From Eledone cirrhosa (lineage: Eukaryota): DNA of 64,000 nucleotides. Under the pieces are notes generated by a model. That model made no database searches. It saw nothing but the letters and a program-made list of their open reading frames with translations, and was not told where the DNA came from. The stretch lies in contig OZ024740.1 of NCBI GenBank assembly GCA_964016885.1, positions 325,996,001 through 326,060,000 on the forward strand, in the 5' to 3' direction. Shown here in pieces: positions 42,001-54,400 of the stretch. Every line of letters begins with the position of its first letter. Positions within the stretch are counted from its first letter, which is position 1. The translations under genes and the position numbers were made by a program.

Positions 42001-44178
42001 GCTCGGCGTCTACCCCTGGGTCTCCTGCCAGTTGGTATTGCCTGTAAAATCTGAGACATTCTAACCACATACCCATAGTACACTTTACTACTGAATAAAT
42101 ATCTTTACTAATGGACAGATCACTGGGAAAATTTACAGTATTAGTTCACTCTGATTGATCGACAAGATCCCAGACCTCATTCGCTTGCTGAGTGGGGTGG
42201 ACCACGTCAAATTGGACCAAGGAAACGGTTTTCATTGGTCTTTCCATTGTTGATACTACCTACCGGTCACAACTCCTGGTAGGAGCAATGTGAAATAAAG
42301 TGACTTGCTCACCCAGTCCGAGAATTGAACTCGCAATTGATTGCAAATCCAACTCTCTGACCACTAATCCATGTGCCTTCACTCGAGTATTAGAGTAAAT
42401 TTTTTATTTTTAATGTGATGCGTTTATAATGCTGTTTTGTGCTTCTCAATAATGTCTTGTTAATGTGATTTCATACAGTACAAAACATTTAAGTTAAACT
42501 GTCTAAGACTAAAGTTCTAGTTTGTAGGAAGGAAAATAGGGCACCGGTCCCATCTGGGAAATGGCCATGCTCAGTGTGTAGGAAAGGAGTAGGCAGAAAC
42601 TCCATTTTATGTCCAAAATGCAAAGTATGGGTGCATAAAAGATGTAGTGAGATCACAGGTAAGCTAACTAAGAATATAGATTTTATATGTGGCCAGTGCT
42701 CAGGTGCAATAAGTAGCAGCAAGTGCCCACAGAATACTAGCTCATTCCATTGCACAGATGGTTCTATAGAAATAGTGGACACCTTCCGTTACCTGGGTGA
42801 CAAAATCAGCAGTGGTGGAGGGTGCTCTGAAAGTACAGTAGCTAGTCAGAATGGGATGGAAAAAGTTCAGAGAGCTTATACCACTATTGGCCGCTAAAGG
42901 GTTCTCTCTAAAAATGAAAGGCAGGCTGTATGATGCCTGCATACGAACAGCAATGTTACATGGCAGTGAGACTTGGGCATTGTGTGCAGAGGATATATTG
43001 TGTGGAGAGGAACGAAGCTTGCATGCTCCGCTGGATGTGTAATAGTAATATACGTGAACGGCAAAGCATAAACGAACTAAGGGAGAAATTAGGAATAAGA
43101 GGGATCAGATGTTGTTTACTCGAGAAGACTACGTTGGTACGGTCACGTGATTCGCATGAAAGACGACAGCTGTATAAAAAAGTGCAGGGCGATAAAAATA
43201 GACGGTAGCCACGGAGTAGGTAGACCCAGAAAAACCTGGGACGACTTGATAAATTCCGACCTCACACACTTACACCTCTCCAAGACAATGTCACTGGACC
43301 GAGATCTTTGGCGCTACACAGTAATACAGAAGACCCGCCTTGTCTAAGTACAAAGTGCAACCTACAGTCAGTAGGCACCTCTAACAAAAATGCACCCCCG
43401 TCCCACTACCCCCACCTCATCCACACCACCCCTTTCAATGTAAAGTTATGTTGGTACCACAACATTCAGGCCAAAACAAATGAGGTCGTGTAGGTGTCAC
43501 GACAAAAAAAAACAGTTCACGCTGTAATGTGGCCGTGTAGGTAACACGGTAAAAACCTCCCAGTCCACACTGTAAACGTGGTTGGTGTTAGGAAGAGCAT
43601 CCAGCCATAGAAAACCCGCCAGACAGTCCTATACGAGCAAGTCAACCAATCTTGCCTCAAGTGGGAAAATTCCCGCCCAAACCCATGCAAGCGTAGAAGA
43701 TGGACATTAAACAATGATGATGGAGTTTTAAGTTTTTCTCTCTCTGTTCCTCTATTTCAGTGGTGGCAAGTTGATAAGATTAGTCCCCTGAAGTTATACG
43801 ACGATAACAAGTTCCTTGCAGGATTCCAATTACGCCAGTTATTGTTCCGTGACAATCAACATGTTTATATTCAAAGTTTAATGGATAAACTTTTCAAGTT
43901 ATATACTGATGGTGTTATTAAACCAGTTATTGACCAAGTTGCTTGTTTTGAAGATGTAAGTTCTTTCAGCTACTAGTTCTTCTTATGGCTCATTCATTAT
44001 AACTAGTAGCAGTACCTGGCCTCACACAGGTATATTAAAGCCTAAAATAAATACATATAATCACATATATTCACAATATTTTAGATAAATTGGTTTAAAA
44101 ATATGCTGACAATATTGTTTGTCCAGGAATGGTGATTGACTCCAAATTGTTACATCCAAACAATTTAGTTTCATAAAC

Positions 44179-44215
<37 letters not shown>

Positions 44216-44326
44216 ATAATAATAATAATGATAATAATAATGATAATAATAATGATAATAATAATGATAATAATAATGATAATAATAATGATAATAATAA
44301 TGATAATAATAATGATAATAATAATG

Positions 44327-44361
<35 letters not shown>

Positions 44362-47300
44362 GATAAACATAGAATCTAAGATATATTACTTTAAAATTTT
44401 TGATATTCAATTTGTTCAATTTCTCATTTAATTCCTCATTCAATGAGTCATTCCATTAGTCATTCCAGTGTTTTGTTTCCTCCCCATCAGATTGCTGAGG
44501 CAATGCAACGACTTCATGACCGCAAAAATATTGGTAAAATTATCTTAGACCCAACTGTTGAGCCAAAGGTAAGTATTACTTAGCTATGGTACTGACACAG
44601 TGTGATTTAGAATAAAGGTGTCTCTGGACCCATATGGCAACATTTCAAAGTTACTACACAGCAATATTTCAAAGCTATTTTGCATCATTTTGATGCGAGT
44701 GACACCATCTGTAGCTACACCACAGCTTCCATGATATTAATAACTAAATTAACGACATTCAAAACCAATGTCAGAATGGTTTTATCCAATTTGTTTGGAT
44801 TCTTTTTTTTGTTTTATTTTTTTTTGATTATTAAATTAAATTTCATTTCATTATCTTTTGAAATCTTTTTAGCTTTGATCTTTCAATTTTTTTAAAAATT
44901 AATTTATTCAAAAAAAAAATACTTAAAAATCGTCATTTTATGTCTGCTTTTCTGTGCTGGCATGGATTGGATGAGTTTTTCTGAGGCAGTGTTCTATGAC
45001 TAGAGGACCTTGTTTTCAAATAAAGTACTTATTACGTAACTTTAAATATCAAACCACCAGTGAGCTGCCGAAATATTCGCTATACAGATCATAAACAAAT
45101 CTCACTGGCTGCACAAAGTGTCAGCATCTCGTATACATGCACAAGCACACGCGCGCTCTCCTTTTTCTTGATAGTTCACCGAAGTCAACAATGATGTTAC
45201 ACTTCGTGGCAGCCAGTAATGGGACATTCATGTGTACAATCCAATACATACACGCGTGCACACCGCCTTGTGCACATCCACCTCCAAAATGCTGCCAGAT
45301 GTCACTCACTCACCCTAAGGCCTACCCTCACCTATAAGTAATATGCAACAAAATAACCACTTGTGTGCCCCCTTTCTATCACTGTCCTCCCAGCCCAATA
45401 AGGATATGTGTTAGTGTTGAAATGTGGTAGTACTGGTATCACGATAAAATGCAGTGAGTACATGGCCCCCATGATTAACATGCACACAGTGCATTACTGG
45501 TACTTTATTTTATCGACCCCGTAAGGATGAAGTTAACCTCAGTAGGATTTGAACTCAGAATGGCAAGGGCCGTAACTCTTCAACGAAAATAATGTAGGGT
45601 GGTTTGAAAGGATTCTTCAGTCTGACTGAGCATGTGACGACTCCAATGCTGGTGCCCCGATAAAACACACCCAGTCCACTCTTTGGAGTGATAGTGCTGG
45701 TGACTCAAAAATGCGTCCAGTACAATATTATTAGGTGCTGTGTTAGGAAGGGCTCCCAGCTTTAGAAACTATGCCAAATATAGTACATATGAGCAAGGTG
45801 AGGTTGCTCCAACTTGTCTTGTCACACTGTCACACGTGACAGCTTGTCCAACCCATGCCATCCTAAGTAAAGTCCTGATCAAAATATATTGGATAATCGT
45901 AATGTTTTGAGCTTAAATTCTGTGGCCATCCTCAAATAAAGTTTTGATTGTTGAAGGTAAAAAATTATTTTTAGTCAAATCTAATTTTTGCATATATAAT
46001 AATAATAATAATGAAATTATTGTGTAAAGTGCTCAGGTGCACTACAACTCGTCAATATAGTACATAGAATAATACACAAATGTCAGGGAAGTACATGTTT
46101 GTATGTGTTAGCTGTAGTGTTGGCGGATCTCGGGAAGCATGGAGGCCTTAAAGGATGCAGTGTCTCGACAGCTAACAACTGATGCAGGTAGTTTGTTCCA
46201 TGCTTCAGCAACTCTGAGCGTGAAAAATGTTTCCGAAAGTCATGGGAACTGTGCTGTTTTCTTACTTTGTGGGCATGTCCACGTGTGTTAGACACATGGA
46301 AATCGAAAAGGCACTCAGGGTTGTTGTTGGCAACATGGTTAACAATTTTGTGGGTGTTTACCAAGTCAGTTGCCAGGCGTCGGAGCTTCAATGAATCCAT
46401 GCCCAGGGAAGCAAGGCGCTCAGAGTATGGTAGATGCCTGATGGAGGGTATTCGCTTGGTTGCACGTCTCTGAACAGTTTCCAGGCGGTCAATGTCCTGA
46501 GCAAGATAGGGGTTCCAGACTGGTGATGCAAATTCTAAGTGTGGTCGCACCATAGCTGTATACAGCCTTAAATAGATATCTGGAGAGCGGCTGACAAAGG
46601 TCTTGCTGAGTGATGCTAAGACACCCTCGGCCCTCTTGACAATTTTAGAGACGTGCCTCGTCCAACGCAAATCGCTGCTGACCGTAATGCCCAGGTCACG
46701 TTCACAGGAAGACTTCTTGATATTAGTGCTGTGGAGGGAGTATGTGGACGCTGGGTTTTTACTCCCAAAATGCATGGTGGTGCACTTGTCCACAGCTAGC
46801 TTGAGTTGCCAGTCTGAGATCCACTGTTGCATTGTGTCCAGGTCAGACTGCAAGCAAGATCTATAGTGTTCAGGATCTGTCCTTTTTATCTCAAGGTACA
46901 GCTTGATGTCGTCTGCGTACTTTAGTACTGTGGCATTCCTTAAGTTGGCATCTGTCATTAATATATGCCACAAACAAAAGGGGGCCAAGAACAGATCCCT
47001 GAGGTACACCAGATGACATCTCATATGGTGAGGAATGCTGTCCCAGAACCGTGACTACCTCTCTTCGACTGAGAATGAAGGACTTCAACCAGTTAAAAAG
47101 ATCATCCTTCACACCCATTGCAGAGAGTTTTGCCATAAGCCTTTTGTGTGGCACAGAATTGAAGGCCTTCGCAAAGTCAAGGTAAACAACATCCACCCAT
47201 GAGCCGCCATCAGTGATCCGGGTGATGTCCTCAAGAAACTCTATATTTGGCTCATTTTATAAGTGTGGGCGCGGTCGTATGGTTAAGATTTCACACCTAT

Positions 47301-47581
47301 GTATTTTAGGGAAAGTGTCTTCAACTACAACCTCGAGTTGACTTATGTCTTGTGAGTGAAATTTGGTAGATAGAAAAATGCAGGAAAGACCATCATAGAT
47401 ATGTCTGCATGTATACATGTGTGTCTGCAGCTATGTTCCGTAGCTTAGCTATTCGACTAAGAGAGATCGATAAAATAAACACTAGGATTAAAAAATAAGT
47501 ACTATGGTCGATGTGATTGACTAAACCAAAGCATTGCTCCAGTTTGTCCGCAGTAAAAGATTTTTCAAAAGAGAATATTCG

Positions 47582-47617
<36 letters not shown>

Positions 47618-48391
47618 AATCATTCAAGCATAATTGGTTCTCTGTCGGTTCTAACGGTGGGTACTACTGGACTGTATCTTACGCGGTTTTGAGCATACGC
47701 TATCGGAAAATGTTTTTAAACTTGAAGCCTTAAAACTGTTAACGTCCTGTTGACCTAATGCAAGGGAGATAACTATATTCCCCAAACTACTATCATTGTT
47801 TTCCAGAAAACCTGATGTGATGTCGCCTTCAACATACATAGACACATTTTTAGCAGTAGCACAAAGCCTGATTCATAATAAATGTATATAGCAGTAGCTC
47901 TAACATTGAGGTAGTTGAGACATGATCACATTGAAACGTATGTATTTTTATTATACACTAGCAGAATGGCCCGGCGCTGCTCGGGATTCTAAACATAGAT
48001 TGGCATGTTTATCCCTCCTTTCTGAAACAGTTTCGTATGTTCACCAATTGATGCAGAAGTCCTAATAAAAAGTGAAGTCGCCTTGGGTGAATAGGCAAAT
48101 AATTTTCCATTAAGATTTTTCAAAAGCATGTAATTGCGTTCCCTCTCTTTGTTTGTTGTTTTTGCTGCTGTCGAGCCTCGTGAAATAAATACGTTTGTTT
48201 ATATTTTGTTATTGTGTATGCAAAAATATCTATACACGAATATATAATTATATATATATATATATATATATTAAAATAACAGATTAAAGTTTAAGCAAAG
48301 AATTGCTGCTTTCACCCTTAGCGGAATCTTCTGAAACTAAAATAAATCAATCTGTGAATGCAGAAGTAAATATTTCGAAAAACGTTACACA

Positions 48392-48429
<38 letters not shown>

Positions 48430-51400
48430 TAATCTGTTATTTTAATAAATATATATAAGTTTAAGCAAAGAATCGCTGCTTTCACCCTACACACACATAT
48501 AGCGACGTTATAATGTCGTAATGCAGACAGCTAGAGATACATTATAAGGGTGCAACGTTATATCTATGTATCTATCTAAAAAGAAAGTCTAAGAATTATA
48601 GAGAGATCGCCTAATGCGGTCCCTAGGGCATTGAAAATTTGAAATATTTGCTCAAAACACTCACATGACCATAAGTATTACATGTGTAAAGTTTGAAAAA
48701 AATCGGTTGGGTGGTTCTCGAGTTTTAGGGAGACACAGACACACTGTCTGTTTTAAATATATAGATAAACATATTCATCATCGTTTTTACTTCTGCTTTT
48801 CCCCACTCGCATGGGTTATACAAAAGCATATTGTATATACTTTTATATATGTCTTGAACATAGTTTTTAATAACATGGAGATGGGGCTTAAGGAATCTGA
48901 TGTCTTCATAAGATCAGGCCCAATGTATTTAGTTGTTGGATCAACTGAACGTCCTACTCACGAAGTTGTATAAATGGCTGAGTATTCCAGTTACATATAC
49001 CCTTAACATAACTTTTAGTGTGACATTGCTGAGCCTTTGTATGACAGACACGCGTTCATCTCATATGTATCATAGTCCAAGTGGCTGAGTATTCTACAGA
49101 CAGGTGTACACTTAGCATAATTCTCAGGGAGATTCAACATGATACAGGGTGTAACAATGCTGCTCCTTTAAATTACACCTTATGTTAGAATGTAAGTGGC
49201 TGAGTATTCTAGACACATGTATTTTTAATATAATTCTGACAAAATATACATGCTACAATACGTATGTAGCAAGGATTAGCCTTTGAAATATAGGTATAAT
49301 CCATCCAACAGGCTTCCACAGTTTCCATTTACCCAATTTCACTCACATGGCTTGGTTACCACAAGGATATGTTAAGTCACTTGCCCAAGATGCCAAGTAG
49401 GGGGATCAAACTCGGGACCTGATAACATGTTATGTGATATATCGTCATTGTTTAATGCTCATTTTTCCATGCTTGCATAGGTTAGACGGGTCATCCATAT
49501 TATGATACAAATTTGGCCAGTTGGTTGCACCATACCTTACTCAAACGGAACTGTATTTTGGCTAGGATTTTTAGTTGGATGTCCTTCCTAATACCGACCA
49601 CGTTTAATTTGGAGAAATTTCTTTTAGGCAATTTTCTCAGCTTAAGCAGGAATTAGCTTTGCTGGCCATATGGCTTAACTTTTAGCATCCTGTAACTACA
49701 TGAGACTGCATCAGCTATACTTTCTTGAAAAGTATAAAACACAATGACTATCTCGCATTAAAAGTTTAAAAATCCGTCCAGTAGTAAAAGTACTATAAAC
49801 ATTTGAATTAACAAACCTGTTTTTTTTTTTAGATATTTTCTGCAATATCATTGCAGGTTGTTAAACGTCAATTATACTCATAATTGTTTCTACTTTTAGC
49901 ACAAGGCCAGCAATTACCCAGTACATTACTGGTACTTTATTTTATCGACCCCGTAAGGATGAAAGGCAAAGTTAACCTCGGCGGGATTTGAACTCAGAAT
50001 GGCAAGGGCAGTAACTCTATGCGTCAAAGCATGGCGTCCAACTCGCTACCGATACTGCCAATTCACCGCCAATTATACTCATAATGTGGGGATTTTTTAT
50101 GCAATTTTTTACAACCAGATTCCCTTTCTTGCACCAACCATTTTAATCTTAGGGATATGGCATACCTATTCTAAACCAAATATGTCATCTTCAAAATAAT
50201 TTATTTAGCATAGATCTCCAAATATATTCAGATTTCTTCGAGATTTTGATTTTCAGAAATTTTTTTTTTTTTTAATTATTTTCATTTTCTTTTGTTTATT
50301 TGTTTTGCTTATTTTGTTATTTTTGTTCCATGTTTTTAATAGGGAAAATCTGAGGCCAGTGCAGAGGTGAAAGTAAGTTTTTCTTGCTACATACACATAT
50401 ACATGCTTCCTGATGCACAGCATTGTGCCATTAGACTAAATGTTTTAAGGCATATTTTATCCCAGTGGCTAGTTTGGAGGAATTTACTGTTAAGATATGT
50501 AAAGAGAAGGTGGAACACAGCCTATTATATAATGTGGTTCTGGTCACTACAGATAAATTTTATTATACAGAAACTATGTAATATGACAGTTGCAGCTTGA
50601 TAACTTCTATTTTCGCTATTTGGTGGCTGGCATAGTCCATACTTGGTTTATAAGTCGGGAATGCAAGTTAGGGATTGGTTTAGCAAGGTCATAAGTTTAT
50701 GGTGCTTTCTAAGTGTTTTGTCTACAGGTTAAGGCAATCAACTTACTTAGTGCGTGTGTGTGCATGCACAAGCACACACACATTGTGTACTTACATACAC
50801 ATTACATACAAACATATGTACATATAGGTGCATGGCTTAGTGGTTTGGGGCTTACAATCGTGAAGTTGAATTCAATTCCTGGACCGAGCAGTGTGTTGAA
50901 AGACATTGCTCCAGTTCAGTCAGCTCTAGAAATTTGTGACATCACTGGTGCCAAGCTCTCAGCCATTGCTTTTCCTTTGGACAATATCGACGGTGTAGAG
51001 GGGAGACTGGTATGCATGGGCGACTGCTGGTCTTCCACAAACACACCTTGCCCGGGCTTGTGCCTCAGAGGGAACTTGTGTGTGTGTCTATAGAGATTTT
51101 TGCATATTAATAACAATTAGGATGTAAGGGATTTTACACATTAGCTATATCACTAAATCCTTCAAAATTGTTTATTCAAAATGATTTGAATATAATTGGT
51201 AGTGTTTTTATGTTTTTATGGGGAGTAGGAGCCAATGTTTTTTTTTTATGTAGTGAGGTGACAGCTTGGATTAAGACAGCATAATCCCTCTGTTACATTG
51301 AGGTTTTCCAAGGTGTGCAACACCAATATAATGTATTATATACCTACTGAATACTGAGGCCCTGTCAGTTATGGATTTTGTAAATTGAACAAACTTGACT

Positions 51401-54400
51401 GTTATTTCTCGCTTTGTAAACAGGTTTTCTCCACACACTTTATAGTTGGAAATTTTAAAGAAATAAACTACCAACATTCCCCGTTATAGTGTGGAATTGT
51501 ATGTCTTCTCCCTTTTTTTTTTTTTTTTTTTTTTTTTATTGATTTGTTTCTTTTGTAAATCATATTTATCACATAATGTCTATAATAAATTAACTTCATA
51601 GAAGGAAATTTTGTGACACTTGACTCTTTGAATCCATCTTTCACTATAAAGATCGTGGATTTGATTTCTAAACCAGGCGATGCATTGTTCAGATAAGCGG
51701 GGGATAGGTAGAAATTCGGAAATTTTTCTAGGTTGTCTCCCTTGAGTTTTTTTTTTTTTTTTTTTTTTTAAACCAGATTTAGTCATTTAGTTTACATATT
51801 GGGACCCCCCCCCCCAACTCATCCTATTTATTTTATAACATATGGGATTTCTTATGTTTTTTTTTTTTTTTGTTGTTTTTTTTTTGTAGTGTGTTTTTAA
51901 TGTCTAAAGAAAATTGTCATAGGAATGCTACCACTTAATCTATCTCTGGCGAAATTATATTTTAACAAAATTTAATAAGTGGTGGGGTTGGAATAAGAGC
52001 AGGAAAGTTGAAAGAAAAATAGTGTGCGTGTGTGTGGGGGTATTCGAAATCCAAGAGTACTTGGGTATTTCAGCATCTTAGCTTTGCTGTCACCGGTATT
52101 AGTATCAGCAACTGAACGACCAATGAAATATTTAAGACAAATATAAATCCTTAAACCCTTTAATTATTATATTTCTGATGAGACACTGCCTATGATTATA
52201 AATTCAGAAAAAAAAAGAATTTGGGGGGATTCAGTGATATGGATAACTTTCTCACTAAGTTCTTAATGTTACAATGAAAGGTTTTCATTTAAATATAAAC
52301 ACTTTAATATAAACAGCTTTGAATCATAGAACTAGAGATGATTTCAGGTGGTTTGGTTTCAAGAGTTAATGAGATTTTATTTATACATTTAAACATTATC
52401 TATACAAGAGCTGTCTGTCAGTCCATCCATCACGCTCCCTATATAGAGGGAAGGAAACACAACCCCCCACCCCACCCCCACCTTTCACAATGCTGAAAAT
52501 GCAGAGGTTTTTTTTTTTTTGTGTGTTTCTGTATGTCCTTCAACATAGACAAACAACACAGACATCAAAAAGACTTTCACTATGACGTTGTTATTGACAG
52601 AGAAATACAGTGAAAGAGAGTGACTGTTGTGAAAGATAGGTAGGTAGTGTTGTCACCTGAAAATGTAGGAATTTTAATGCAAGTTTGTCAACACTGTCAG
52701 CCTAGGCAACAACTAGTTTATATAATGATTCACAAACAAAATAATCAAAAATTAGCCAGTAATTATTTTACTTTGCAGTTGACACCTGTCAAGATTACAT
52801 TTTCTATCAAATACATGTGCTTAGATTGTAAGAGATTTAAGCAGTATTAAAATGTGAAAAGTAGACCTTACAAATACTTCTCACTCAGAATTTCAAACAC
52901 TGGGTTATGGTGTCTGCTGCAAAGATTTGGGCAGTTGTAAAATTATGAATCAGAAAGGTATGTCCTCACATTAACTTACCATAGTGATAGATAGATAGAT
53001 AGAGATATAGAGAGATAGATATAGAGAGAGATAGATATATTGATAAGCGTATATTTATTTGTGTAAGAAATAAACTAATTATAAGCCACCCTGTATATGG
53101 TTTTCTCTTCTGTAACCTCTAATGATTACCAAAGATAACTAAAATGGAGAGGAGCCAATCTTTAGATCGAATCAAGGAAATGTTTCTAGTGATCTCTTCC
53201 ATTGCTGATACTATCTGCAACTTCTCGCAGAAGAAAAGAAAGGAGCGAATCATCAGATTAGATCAAGAAAACAATATTTCTGTTGTTCTTGCCATGGCTA
53301 TACTGTCTGTCACAACTCCTGGTAGATTGAAGGAGCTGATTGTCAGGTCAGACTAAGGAAACAGTTTCCATTAGTCTTTTCATTGCTGATACTGTTGGTC
53401 ACAACGTATGGCAGAAGAAAGGAAAGGAACAAATCATTAGGTGGGACCTAGGAAACAATGCCACTGTTGGTCTTTCCTTTGCTGATACTATCTGCTGGCT
53501 GTAACCCCTGACAGAATAAAGGAGTCGATCATTAAACTGGACCAAAGCAACGTTTCCAATGGTCTTTCCATTGTTGATACTATCTGCTGCTTGCAATTCT
53601 TTGCAGGAGGAGACAGAACTTAAACTCAAGATGTTCAGTTGAAGTAGATGCTGCAAAGCCACTACTCCAACTCTTTAATAATTCTGCCAATCCACTGGCC
53701 CCTTGACTAGTAATTTATGAATCCTAAACCTGACGAGCAAAGGTAACCTCAATGGGATTTAAACTCAGAGTGCAGAGAACCTTTTTGATATCAATCTGGT
53801 TAAAACCAGCTTGAATTCTATGAAGCAAAATCACCTATTTTAATGGCTTCCTATGTAAATTAAAATATTCAAACATAATTTTTTATAAGAATCATATGTT
53901 AAGCTGTTAGCTTAGTATAAAAACCATGTGTTAAGTTACTTAGTAATGAAATAATGTTAGTAAATTTTTCAAAATCCTTCATGAATTAATCCCATTTCAT
54001 CATAAATGCTGTTTTGTGTTAACCTGAAACCCTAACAATTTACCACCTATGAGCTAAACTACCATAAAATTATTCCCGTGTCCTGATTTTGTTGGATGAA
54101 ATTCCATTTTATATTCCTGGATCTGTAGTTACTCTAATGTATTTCTATGTTATTATTCCAGGCCCCAGCTGAAAGTGCTCCTGCAACTGAGGTAAGTTAA
54201 CAGAAATTTAGTGTCACCATCATCATCACCCACCATCGCTGCCGCCGCTTTCACCGCCAACTTTTTAAATATTTTATATCTTTATATTTTTAATTATTTT
54301 TTTTCTCTATTTCCAGACCAAAAGTGAAGATGATGCTGGTGCAGAGGTAAGAAAGATTTTCTCTAAAATCCATCATCAGATTGTGCTATATATATATATA

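Noticed and set aside
44095-44443. Poly-Ile and Tyr/His ORFs
   Set aside because: Translations of a microsatellite
49885-50069. tRNA gene
   Set aside because: A/B boxes belong to multi-copy SINEs with TSDs; no complete cloverleaf
50728-51093. Additional exon after tctacag (126-aa ORF)
   Set aside because: Runs into CA repeats and a SINE, has no nearby strong donor, and its composition is unlike the tail exons
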